Assembly: GCA_963977445.1 (NCBI GenBank)
Contig: CAXBPH010000133.1
Location: forward strand, 1 to 18,174
Reading direction: 5' to 3'
Length of the DNA: 18,174 bases
Origin: an uncultured bacterium
GTDB taxonomy: Bacteria; Hydrogenedentota; Hydrogenedentia; Hydrogenedentales; JAEUWI01
The notes under the pieces: generated by a model
Told to the model about the DNA's origin: nothing
The model's input: the letters and a program-made list of their open reading frames with translations, nothing else
The model's database searches: none
In this document: positions 10,468-18,174 of the stretch, in pieces
How the letters are laid out: every line of letters begins with the position of its first letter
How positions within the stretch are numbered: the stretch's first letter is position 1
Made by a program: the position numbers and the translations under genes

Positions 10468-10722
10468 TCAAAATCTAAAATGCACAAAGAGACGTCCAAA
10501 GTTCTTACTGTCCTTCTCCACGCGATGATAGAGCTGCTTGATTTCTCCACGTTCCAGAAACTTCAGGACTTTTTTCTTCAACTGGCCACTGCCTTTTCCC
10601 GGAATAATTTCCACCAGGGCAATTTTCTTCTCTACCGCTTCACGAATGATGCGGTTGAGTTCGTTCTCAATCGTATTGCCTTTGTTGTATATGTCGTGCA
10701 AGTCTAGCTTGAGTTTTGCCAT
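10468..10722 (-). CDS. Stand-alone Smr/MutS2 C-terminal domain protein, 84 aa
   Basis: LDLH...VEIIPGKGSGQLKKKVLKFL...NFGRLFV Smr signature. Start set at ATG 10722 (MAKLKLDLH). Confidence 0.88.
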   Translation of the reverse strand: MAKLKLDLHDIYNKGNTIENELNRIIREAVEKKIALVEIIPGKGSGQLKKKVLKFLERGEIKQLYHRVEKDSKNFGRLFVHFRF

Positions 10723-10902
10723 GATCTCTCGTTCTTGTGCTTGTTCCTGCCATGTCCGTGGGGTACCATCTTTGGAGCACCGCTTTGGTAGCCACGGAAA
10801 CGCAGTATATATAATTTGGCCGATAAAGGCGAAGTGCGGGTACCGGCCGAATCCCTTTACAACTTGCAGACGGAAAAAACGCATTAACGGAGTTCTACTA
10901 TC

Positions 10903-12060
10903 ATGAAATTTCTACGTCCACGCCTGAAGCAGGCTTGTCTACTACTGGCCTGCCTCATCGCCCCCTGTGGCTTTGCCGAGGTCATAACCGCACCAACGAA
11001 TCTGTTGCTGGCTCCAGGCGAAAATAATCCCAGGAACTCAGAAGGTGATTTCATCACCTTGAAAGACGGTCGGACACTCTTTGTCTACACCCATTTCACC
11101 AGCGGGGCCAGTGATTACGCGAAGGCCCACCTGGCGGGACGTTTTTCGAAAGACGGCGGGGAGACCTGGGACCAGGAAGACACCATGATTCGGCCTTTTC
11201 CCGGCGGTCTCAATATCATGTCGGTGTCCCTGTTGCGCCTGCAGGATGGGTCGATTGGACTGCTCTATCTGCACAAGGTTGCAGAAGATGAGTGCATGCC
11301 CATGCTCCTTATTTCCACCGATGAAGGAGCGACCTGGTCCGACCCGATAGCCTGTATCTCCGATCCGGTGGGCTACTACGTCGTCAACAATGATCGCATG
11401 GTGCAACTCAAGAGTGGCCGCATCCTCATTCCCGCCGCACGCCATCTGCTGAAGGGCGAAACAGATTTTCAACGGGGGCAAACGCTCTGCACGATTTCTG
11501 ACGACGGTGGAAAGACCTGGCATATGAGCGGGACGACGCTCGTTGCGCCCGATGAGGTGAAGTCGGGCCTGCAGGAACCTCTGGTCCTGGAATTGCTGGA
11601 CGGACGTATATTGATGCTCATTCGAACCAGTGACGGCGCCCAGTACCGCTCTTTCTCTGAGGATCAGGGAGAAACTTGGAGCAGCGTGGAGAAAACGGCC
11701 CTCCTCTCCCCCACGTCACCGGCTACGGTAGAGCGAATTCCCGGACGGGACGAGTTACTGCTGGTCTGGAATGATCACACCGATGTGGACGAGAGCCTCA
11801 AAGGAAAACGTACGCCCCTTCGTGCCGCCGTTTCGTCGGACGATGGAAAAAGCTGGAAAGTTACCCGAACCCTCGAAGATTTCGCCGATGGCTGGTATTG
11901 CTACATCGCCATGGATTTCGTGGGCGACCACGTCCTGTTGGGCTATTGTGCCGGCAATCAACGGGAGCGCAAAGGCCTGGATACGACGAAAGTAACCCGC
12001 ATCGCCATCGATGATTTTTTCACGGACCTGAACTCAGCCAGAACCATTAAGGAGCATTAA
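10903..12060 (+). CDS. Secreted BNR/Asp-box beta-propeller protein, sialidase (GH33-like) family
   Basis: Signal peptide and five Asp-boxes (SKDGGETW, STDEGATW, SDDGGKTW, SEDQGETW, SSDDGKSW). GGAG RBS upstream. Confidence 0.85.
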   Translation: MKFLRPRLKQACLLLACLIAPCGFAEVITAPTNLLLAPGENNPRNSEGDFITLKDGRTLFVYTHFTSGASDYAKAHLAGRFSKDGGETWDQEDTMIRPFPGGLNIMSVSLLRLQDGSIGLLYLHKVAEDECMPMLLISTDEGATWSDPIACISDPVGYYVVNNDRMVQLKSGRILIPAARHLLKGETDFQRGQTLCTISDDGGKTWHMSGTTLVAPDEVKSGLQEPLVLELLDGRILMLIRTSDGAQYRSFSEDQGETWSSVEKTALLSPTSPATVERIPGRDELLLVWNDHTDVDESLKGKRTPLRAAVSSDDGKSWKVTRTLEDFADGWYCYIAMDFVGDHVLLGYCAGNQRERKGLDTTKVTRIAIDDFFTDLNSARTIKEH

Positions 12061-12061
12061 A

Positions 12062-12457
12062 ATGAAACGCATCGCAGCATTCCTCGCCGTCGCCACTATG
12101 GTCGGTATGATGGCCTCCACCCTGACGGTCAACGCCGCAGACAAGGAACCCGAAAAGATGTTACGCCACATTGTCATGTTTAAGTTTGCAGACACCGCGG
12201 CTAAAGAAGACGTCCAGAAAATCGTGGATGCTTTTGTCGCGCTGGAAGGCAAGATTGACGTCATTGCGGACTTCGAATGGGGTACGAATGTTAGCAAAGA
12301 AAAGCTCGACAAGGGATTAACCCACGCATTTACGCTGACCTTCAAGAGTGAGGCGGACCTGGATACCTATATCAACCATGCCGATCACAAGGCCTTTGTC
12401 GGTATGCTGGGCGATACCATAGCAGACGTATGTGTGTTCGATTATTGGGCCAATTAA
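12062..12457 (+). CDS. Dabb (stress-responsive alpha/beta barrel) family protein with signal peptide
   Basis: LRHIVMFKF, EWGTNVS, GLTHAFTLTF, YINHADH and VFDY motifs. The AAGGAG RBS lies within the end of the upstream gene. Confidence 0.9.
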   Translation: MKRIAAFLAVATMVGMMASTLTVNAADKEPEKMLRHIVMFKFADTAAKEDVQKIVDAFVALEGKIDVIADFEWGTNVSKEKLDKGLTHAFTLTFKSEADLDTYINHADHKAFVGMLGDTIADVCVFDYWAN

Positions 12458-12481
12458 CCCCAATTTTTCCGAATTACAGAG

Positions 12482-12511
12482 AAAAGCGCGACTACCAGTC
12501 GCGCTTTTTTT
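12482..12511 (+). terminator. Intrinsic terminator, possibly bidirectional
   Basis: AAAAGCGCGACT-ACC-AGTCGCGCTTTTTTT, 25 nt after the Dabb stop. Confidence 0.88.
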
Positions 12512-12613
12512 GTTTTTATCCCACGCAAAAAACAAAAGGCGGTACGATGAATTATCTAATTACAATTATTCCTCCAAAATTTCAGGGTTTAGCGGCCAAA
12601 ACAATCCCAAACT

Positions 12614-12642
12614 TGGACAAATTAGGGGCGATCTTGTAAAAT
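12614..12642 (+). promoter_or_regulatory. Candidate sigma70 promoter of the DUF1559 gene
   Basis: TGGACA, 17-nt spacer, TAAAAT in an AT-rich intergenic region; each box has one mismatch to consensus. Confidence 0.55.
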
Positions 12643-12788
12643 GGCGCGCTATTAACTTTTCCCCCGCAGGGCATAGGCAGTAATTGGGGATCACGGGTAA
12701 CCCATTCTTTATATCGGTTCAGGATTCATAACGATTCATACCCATTTTAGATTCATCTATTTCTACCCAAAAACAAGGAATTATCCCG

Positions 12789-13811
12789 ATGAAATCCCGT
12801 GGTTTTACACTGATCGAGCTTCTGGTAGTCATTGCGATTATCGGCATACTTGCGGCCATACTGCTTCCCGCCCTGGCCCGCGCCCGTGAGGCCGCCCGTC
12901 GTGCGGCGTGCCAAAACAACCTCAAGCAGCTTGGGCTCGTCGCAAAAATGTATGCCGGCGAGTCGCAAGGCGAACGTTTCCCGGCGATGGGCTACGTGCC
13001 CGAACCCGCCGTTGATTGTCCCGATCTGAAGGGGGGAGAAGCTCCCCTTGGGAAGAACGCCGTCATCGCGGCGACGCCCGTTCCCAATAAAGGGGGCAAG
13101 CCCTATTTTCAGATGCACATTCCTTCCATCTATCCCGAGTATCTGTCGGACTACAACGTTTTTATCTGCCCCTCGGAGGCGGAAGTACCGGTGATGGAGA
13201 ACCCCCTTTCCAATGAGCCCTGGATACATCTGCCCTGTGATGAACCCACCCTGGGGCAAAGTTTTGCCGACGAGAGCTATATTTATCTGCCCTATGCCCT
13301 GGACCAGTTGGAAACGACAGACAGCACCAAACTCTTCCCCATGAATGTATTTTTTCCTTCCGTGCCGGCGGGGGTCGTCGCCCCAGAGCAGGTCATCGGC
13401 ATCGTGCTCCTGGCATTGACTTCCAATGTGGACTCCGCCGTCGCGGGTGGCCAGACGGCCATCGACGCCGCCACAACCAAGCTCAACAACAACGTTAACA
13501 TCAAAGACCTCGCGAGTCTCTTTGGAAGGAATTTTTCCGGTTCCGGCAGTGGCGGCGGCGATATTCTCTTTCACCTTCGTGAAGGCATTGAGCGCTTCCT
13601 CATTACGGACATCAATAATGCCGGCGCCAGTGCCCGGGCCCAGAGCAATCTCCCCATGATGTCGGACGTGATTGCGACCGACCCGGCCATGTTTAACCAC
13701 ATCCCCGGGGGGATTAACGTGCTCTATCTGGACGGACACGTCGAGTATGTGCGGTATCCCGGTAAAGACTACGCCAGCGAAGGACTTGCCTGGCTCCTGG
13801 CCAGCGTCTGA
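12789..13811 (+). CDS. Prepilin-type N-terminal cleavage/methylation protein, DUF1559 family, with C-terminal H-X9-DG-like motif
   Basis: [71 protein letters not shown] (H-X10-DG here). AAGGA RBS upstream. Confidence 0.93.
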   Translation: MKSRGFTLIELLVVIAIIGILAAILLPALARAREAARRAACQNNLKQLGLVAKMYAGESQGERFPAMGYVPEPAVDCPDLKGGEAPLGKNAVIAATPVPNKGGKPYFQMHIPSIYPEYLSDYNVFICPSEAEVPVMENPLSNEPWIHLPCDEPTLGQSFADESYIYLPYALDQLETTDSTKLFPMNVFFPSVPAGVVAPEQVIGIVLLALTSNVDSAVAGGQTAIDAATTKLNNNVNIKDLASLFGRNFSGSGSGGGDILFHLREGIERFLITDINNAGASARAQSNLPMMSDVIATDPAMFNHIPGGINVLYLDGHVEYVRYPGKDYASEGLAWLLASV

Positions 13812-13835
13812 GGCACCCATCCACGTGCATACAAC

Positions 13836-13865
13836 GCCCCTGCTCATTTCGAGCAGGGGCTTTTT
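13836..13865 (+). terminator. Intrinsic terminator of the DUF1559 gene
   Basis: GCCCCTGCTC-ATTTC-GAGCAGGGGC perfect 10-bp stem followed by T5. Confidence 0.88.
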
Positions 13866-14050
13866 AATGTTTATACGGCCCGTAGCGAGAATCGAATGCA
13901 TACAATCATGGCGAGAGAACTATGGGGACGACGGGGTAACAAATACTTGGACTGTGCCATCGTCCACAGGATGCCTGACGCCCGCCGTCCTTTACCCGGC
14001 ACCCCGCTTCGGAGTAGGCTTTACCTAACCTGACCTTGGCGAGACCTGCA

Positions 14051-14818
14051 ATGCTATCTTCTACTGCCCTTTTAATGGTGATTTACGCCCTGTTACTCTG
14101 GAAAGCGAGTATCGCCTTGGGCGATGCGAGCATCATCGACCGTTTCTGGGGGCTGGGCTTTGTCCTCCTGTGCGGCGCGGGACTTTCCCTCAGTGCCTCC
14201 CCCACGCCCCATCAGTGGCTGGTCTCCGGCCTGGTAGCCCTGTGGGGCCTGCGCCTTTCGACCCATATCACCTGGCGTAACTGGGGAACGGGTGAGGACT
14301 ACCGCTATCGGGCCATGCGGGAAAAGCATGGGGCCTCATTTCCATGGAAAAGCTTGTTCACCGTGTTTCTGCTCCAGGGCTTCCTGACATGGTTTATCGC
14401 CCTGCCGCTCCAATTGGTCTTCGCAGCTAAAGACGAAGTGCCCATTTCGGGGCTCAGCTTCCTGGGCCTTGCCCTTTTCGCTGTGGGCTTTCTTTTCGAG
14501 GGCGTGGGCGATTGGCAGCTCGCGCGCTTTAAGGCCAACCCCGCGAATAAAGGGAAGGTAATGGATCGTGGGCTCTGGCACTACACCCGGCACCCCAATT
14601 ACTTTGGCGACGCCGTGCTCTGGTGGGGCCTCTTTATCGTCGCCCTGCCCGCGCCGAATGTCCTCTTCACGGTACTGAGTCCTGCGGTGATGACCCTGTT
14701 TCTCATGAAGGTGTCGGGGGTGCCGTTGCTGGAAAAACGCATGGCAGAAACGCGCCCGGACTACGCCGAGTATGTGGCGAAGACGCCCGCATTCATTCCG
14801 TGGTGGCCACGGGGGTGA
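14051..14818 (+). CDS. DUF1295 / steroid 5-alpha-reductase-like integral membrane protein
   Basis: ASIIDRFWGLGF, WGLRLS, GEDYRY, DWQLARFK, GLWHYTRHPNYFG, SGVPLLE and FIPW motifs; several TM helices. Start is ATG 14051 or TTG 14036. Confidence 0.9.
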   Translation: MLSSTALLMVIYALLLWKASIALGDASIIDRFWGLGFVLLCGAGLSLSASPTPHQWLVSGLVALWGLRLSTHITWRNWGTGEDYRYRAMREKHGASFPWKSLFTVFLLQGFLTWFIALPLQLVFAAKDEVPISGLSFLGLALFAVGFLFEGVGDWQLARFKANPANKGKVMDRGLWHYTRHPNYFGDAVLWWGLFIVALPAPNVLFTVLSPAVMTLFLMKVSGVPLLEKRMAETRPDYAEYVAKTPAFIPWWPRG

Positions 14819-14856
14819 ACGGGACGGCGGCGATGGCTCGGGTAGACCGACCCAGC

Positions 14857-15063
14857 TTACTCGTTCAAGTCGCCATAGGGTTCAGGCCCTTCAGAAGCCT
14901 TCGGTACGGAAATCCGCTTTGGCTCAAGATTGACATATTCGCAACCTGAAGTACCTTCCAGATCCTGGTAGGCCTCGACGATCTTCTTCAGGTCGTTGCC
15001 ATACTTCGCGGCGTGTTCTTTCCGGTAGCGCCGGATTTCTTCTACGATGGGATCTTCAATCAT
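14857..15063 (-). CDS. Small protein downstream of the PIN gene (putative antitoxin or partner)
   Basis: DPIVEEIRRYRKEHAAKYGNDLKKI resembles small proteins found after PIN genes. GAGAGG lies 8 nt before ATG 15063, which is 1 nt after the PIN stop. Confidence 0.7.
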   Translation of the reverse strand: MIEDPIVEEIRRYRKEHAAKYGNDLKKIVEAYQDLEGTSGCEYVNLEPKRISVPKASEGPEPYGDLNE

Positions 15064-15064
15064 C

Positions 15065-15538
15065 TCAGTCACCTCTCAAGTTCTCGGGCGAACAAAATAG
15101 CGGGCATTGGTACCCGAATGCTTCCACAATTGAGGAAATCAACGTCTTTAGTTCCGCGTTATTAATGTGCTTGAAGTTCCATGTTACCAAAAAGTCGGCA
15201 CCTTGCGTTGCGGCGATGGCGATGTGCAGCGCGTCTTCTTCGCTGCCCGGTGGAACACCGCCAGACTCGAGGAGTTGTGCCGCCAAATCGGCTGCTTCGG
15301 TAGAAATTGCTACACGTGTAATCCCGGCCAGGAGTTCTAAACGCCGGGCGCTCTGCGTGGGGTCACCACGCCCAGCCTCATCTGCAACAACCGCGGACAC
15401 GAGTAGTGTAAACCGATGCCGGTGCTTTTCCCACCATTCGTGGGTTACAGCCTGTCTACCTGCAATTATAACATCCCGGCTGGGTCGTGCGGCGATGTAA
15501 CTTAAGACAGAAGTTTCTACGTAGACTTTAGCTTTCAT
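15065..15538 (-). CDS. PIN-domain (VapC-like) ribonuclease toxin
   Basis: VYVETSVLSY, VSAVVADE, EDALHIAIA and LVTWNFKHINN PIN motifs. Confidence 0.88.
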   Translation of the reverse strand: MKAKVYVETSVLSYIAARPSRDVIIAGRQAVTHEWWEKHRHRFTLLVSAVVADEAGRGDPTQSARRLELLAGITRVAISTEAADLAAQLLESGGVPPGSEEDALHIAIAATQGADFLVTWNFKHINNAELKTLISSIVEAFGYQCPLFCSPENLRGD

Positions 15539-15579
15539 GGAAAACGCCCCTGCATGCCTTTCCAGTATCGAATTAACTT

Positions 15580-15608
15580 ATTAGAACATTGTGTCTACCT
15601 GGTGTCAA
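15580..15608 (-). promoter_or_regulatory. sigma70 promoter of the PIN operon
   Basis: TTGACA (15608-15603), 17-nt spacer, TGt-TCTAAT (15585-15580). Confidence 0.6.
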
Positions 15609-15815
15609 TAGATGCTGCGGGTCCACCGTAGTACGATTTAATTGTGGTGGACAAACAGTACTCCTTAAACCCGCGTCCCGAAAGCCGGGCAATTGAGGTC
15701 TGGTTCCACCCCCAGTGTCCACCGTTCCGCCATTAATTTTCCAGTTCTCGGACGTCGATGTAACCTTTTTTCCTTTTTCGGACTCTTATAGTGTAGACAC
15801 TACAGGAGACTGCCC

Positions 15816-16838
15816 ATGTACCCACCTACTCGATTGATGCGCACGGTATCCCTATCCCGATTTCTAGTCCTCCCTTTTGCCCTACTCGCCTTTGCAGGCT
15901 GCCCGAGCACCCCCGGGGCCGAGGGCGTCTACGACCCGCTATCGGTTCCTGCGCTGGCGTCGGTCGAGGTTGTAGACTTCCGTGTATTCGACAGCGCTCG
16001 GTCTCGCGAAATACCCATTCGGGTGTACCAGCTTCCCGGTGATGGACCATCTCCTGTGGTGCTGTTCAGTCACGGCCTGGGTGGCTCCCGGGAAAACAGC
16101 CCCTATCTCGGAAAGCATTGGGCATCGCGGGGCTATGCATGCGTGTTCATGCAGCATATCGGTAGCGATGAATCGGTGTGGCGCGATGCCCCCGTCGGCG
16201 AGCGCTACGGAAACCTTCGCGATGCCGCGAACCTGGAAAATTTCATGCTCCGCGTGGCGGATGTGCCCGCCGTATTGGACCAACTGACGACTTGGAATGG
16301 CGAGCCCGGACACCCGTTGGCGGGACGACTCGATCTGACCTGCGTCGGCATGTCGGGGCACTCCTTTGGTGCCGTCACCACCCAGGCGGTGAGTGGACAG
16401 ACCTTCGTCCGGGCGGATGCGCCGACGGATCCGCGTATCAATGCCGCCGTTGCCTTCAGTCCGAGCGCGCCCCGGGTCGGCAGTGCAACACGTGCCTTCG
16501 GCAGCGTCGCCATCCCGTGGATGCTCATGACGGGCACGGAAGACACGGCTCCCATCGGCAATATCGATGTTGAATCCCGTCTGGCCGTTTACCCCGCCTT
16601 GCCGGCCGGCGGAAAATATGAAGTGGTGCTATTTGGCGCGGAACACTCGGCCTTCAGCGACCGCGCCTTGCCCGGGGATTCGGAAGCCCGTAATCCGAAC
16701 CACCACCGGGTTATCCTCGCCCTCAGCACGGCCTTTTGGGATGCCTGGCTGAAGGAGAACGCCGCTGCACGTGCGTGGCTCGATGGCGATGGACCAGCCA
16801 CCGTGCTGGAAGCCGAGGACCGTTGGCAACGTAAGTAG
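15816..16838 (+). CDS. Alpha/beta-hydrolase lipoprotein (dienelactone hydrolase / PAF-acetylhydrolase-like)
   Basis: Lipobox [13 protein letters not shown] oxyanion loop, GHSFG nucleophile elbow, candidate Asp in GTED and His in AEHSAF. AGGAG RBS upstream. Confidence 0.88.
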   Translation: MYPPTRLMRTVSLSRFLVLPFALLAFAGCPSTPGAEGVYDPLSVPALASVEVVDFRVFDSARSREIPIRVYQLPGDGPSPVVLFSHGLGGSRENSPYLGKHWASRGYACVFMQHIGSDESVWRDAPVGERYGNLRDAANLENFMLRVADVPAVLDQLTTWNGEPGHPLAGRLDLTCVGMSGHSFGAVTTQAVSGQTFVRADAPTDPRINAAVAFSPSAPRVGSATRAFGSVAIPWMLMTGTEDTAPIGNIDVESRLAVYPALPAGGKYEVVLFGAEHSAFSDRALPGDSEARNPNHHRVILALSTAFWDAWLKENAAARAWLDGDGPATVLEAEDRWQRK

Positions 16839-16858
16839 CTGCTCCTGAATTCTCAGCC

Positions 16859-17512
16859 TCAAGTATTCGAAACCTTTTTTTCGCTCAGGATCCACGCCCG
16901 CTCGGTGACGGGATATTTGCCGTGCAATCCTTCGGGTGAATACCGGCTCTCGACGGACTCCACGGCGTAGGCACTATCATAGTGGCGGCGAACCTCTTCT
17001 TCCACGATAGAGAAGGGTGGGCCGTCAATAAGTCCCTCCCCATACTCGAGGGTAATCAGCAACTGGGACACCGTGCCGCAGAGGGTTTGAAGATGGGCCC
17101 GATAGGCCTTTCGCATGGCCTCGGGCAATGCCACCAGGGCGGCCCGGTCGTAAATGGCATCGACCGTGCCCAGAGTTTCCGGGCGGAGGTGGAAGATATC
17201 ACCGGCATAGAGGTCGATATGCTCTCCATAATAATGGGTAGTGGTCCCCCGCACCTCAATCACGGGCTCGATTCCGAGTTCCTGAAACAAATGCGCCACG
17301 GCGAGTTCAGAAAGCTCTGCCCCCGCAACCCGATAACCCTGTTCGAGCAGCCAATGGATGTCCCGCGTTTTGCCGCACAAGGGCACAAAGACCCGGGCAC
17401 CCGGTGCCAATGCCAATGCGCCAAAATGGGCTACCAGAAGGCTATTCGGCTCTCCTTCATGAAAGCCTATAGTGTTGCTTTCCCATCGCTCAGTCCAGAA
17501 TTTCGCGTCCAT
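16859..17512 (-). CDS. tpm: Thiopurine S-methyltransferase
   Basis: FWTERW...IGFH, RVFVPLCGK, GAELS, GDIF, YDRAALVALP and GPPFS motifs. AAGGAG RBS upstream. Confidence 0.93.
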   Translation of the reverse strand: MDAKFWTERWESNTIGFHEGEPNSLLVAHFGALALAPGARVFVPLCGKTRDIHWLLEQGYRVAGAELSELAVAHLFQELGIEPVIEVRGTTTHYYGEHIDLYAGDIFHLRPETLGTVDAIYDRAALVALPEAMRKAYRAHLQTLCGTVSQLLITLEYGEGLIDGPPFSIVEEEVRRHYDSAYAVESVESRYSPEGLHGKYPVTERAWILSEKKVSNT

Positions 17513-17598
17513 AGTTGCTCCTTACTAGGTTTATTCAGTCAGGACGAAATCACCGCCATGTTCACCGCCTATGCCCTATTTTTGAGGTTCATGGGCAA

Positions 17599-17995
17599 TT
17601 ACTGGGGAAGATTTATTCGATATTTCAAGCGCCGGAGGTAAAACGATGACTCGATGGGTTCTTGCGAATCCTGTCGTCTTGCAACTTTTTTCAGATAAAA
17701 CGACAAACCATAGACGTGCCGCGCGATCTGGTACTCCAGTTCGTGCGAAGGGACTGTGGGACGTCGTTGGGATCTGTGTCGTTGTAGGAAGCCTTCAATA
17801 GGTCATCAGGAATCGAGCATTTTGCTTGGCCATGGTCTTGATGTAGAGACCTAATCGTACCGCCCAACCCGCGCACGAATCCTCCTGCGGCGCATCTTCG
17901 ACCGGGAATACCGGATCGCGCGGCACGATTGGTGATTTCAGTTTGTGTTGGCGGACTGAGTCTTTGTTGGCATCGATTAATTGCCCATAAACCAT
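17599..17995 (-). pseudogene. Possible frameshifted hypothetical gene (66-aa + 65-aa segments)
   Basis: An ORF from ATG 17995 stops at TAT-TGA (17795). The +1 frame stays open from 17796 to TAA 17599. No family recognised. Confidence 0.25.
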
Positions 17996-18056
17996 TTTCA
18001 AGAAGACCCGAGATATCCGATTGCACCGTGCCGAATCCACGCGCCCAAAAAACCGT

Positions 18057-18173
18057 TTATTTATTCTCCACGAGCTCCCCGAGCAACATGATGGCACTGG
18101 CGTACCAGTTGGTGCCGTCGAAGCGGGCGGGGTTGTCCATGGTGTTGCCATTCTTGCTCAGAATAGCGACTTT
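18057..18173 (-). CDS. 3' end of a gene truncated by the window edge (...KVAILSKNGNTMDNPARFDGTNWYASAIMLLGELVENK*)
   Basis: Open frame from the window edge to TAA 18059-18057 with GC-rich third positions. Too short to assign a function. Confidence 0.55.
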   Translation of the reverse strand, partial: KVAILSKNGNTMDNPARFDGTNWYASAIMLLGELVENK

Positions 18174-18174
18174 G

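Noticed and set aside
10723..10884. N-terminal extension of the Smr ORF
   Set aside because: It covers the divergent promoter region, and the Smr domain starts cleanly at ATG 10722.
12643..12788. Riboswitch (e.g. c-di-GMP) in the DUF1559 leader
   Set aside because: I recognise no conserved aptamer core or expression-platform terminator. Rfam cmscan would be decisive.
15660..15705. Twister-ribozyme-like words (TAA...GTCCCGAAAGCCGGG...GAGG)
   Set aside because: The loop is longer than the GUCCYAAGC consensus, and the P1, P2 and T1 pairings cannot be built.
17795..17800. prfB-like programmed +1 frameshift at TAT-TGA
   Set aside because: tRNA-Tyr could not re-pair with AUU in the +1 frame, and there is no correctly spaced internal Shine-Dalgarno sequence.

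Overview
Chromosomal, mostly accessory-gene window of a GC-rich bacterium. Candidatus Hydrogenedentes is inferred from the DUF1559 protein's '[15 protein letters not shown]...[19 protein letters not shown]' C-terminus; no marker gene is present to confirm this. In order, it encodes: an OmpA-C-terminal-domain protein with an unusual Trp-rich N-terminus; a stand-alone sigma70-region-4-like HTH protein; two convergent hybrid histidine kinases separated by a REP/REPIN-like inverted repeat; a PrsA/PpiC-like lipoprotein; a Smr + VAO/PCMH-family flavoprotein pair; a BNR/sialidase-like + Dabb pair; a prepilin-type DUF1559 protein; a DUF1295 membrane protein; a PIN toxin with a small partner; an alpha/beta-hydrolase lipoprotein; a thiopurine S-methyltransferase; and the 3' end of a gene cut by the window edge. 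The most notable structure missed by the ORF track is at 1130-2006 (- strand): a sigma70 promoter with a 22-bp palindrome over its -35 box, a 39-aa leader peptide, mutually exclusive antiterminator and terminator hairpins, and a second 51-aa uORF overlapping the start of the sigma-4-only regulator. This looks like a ribosome-coupled attenuator controlling a truncated sigma-like factor. No rRNA, tRNA, CRISPR array or transposase was found.
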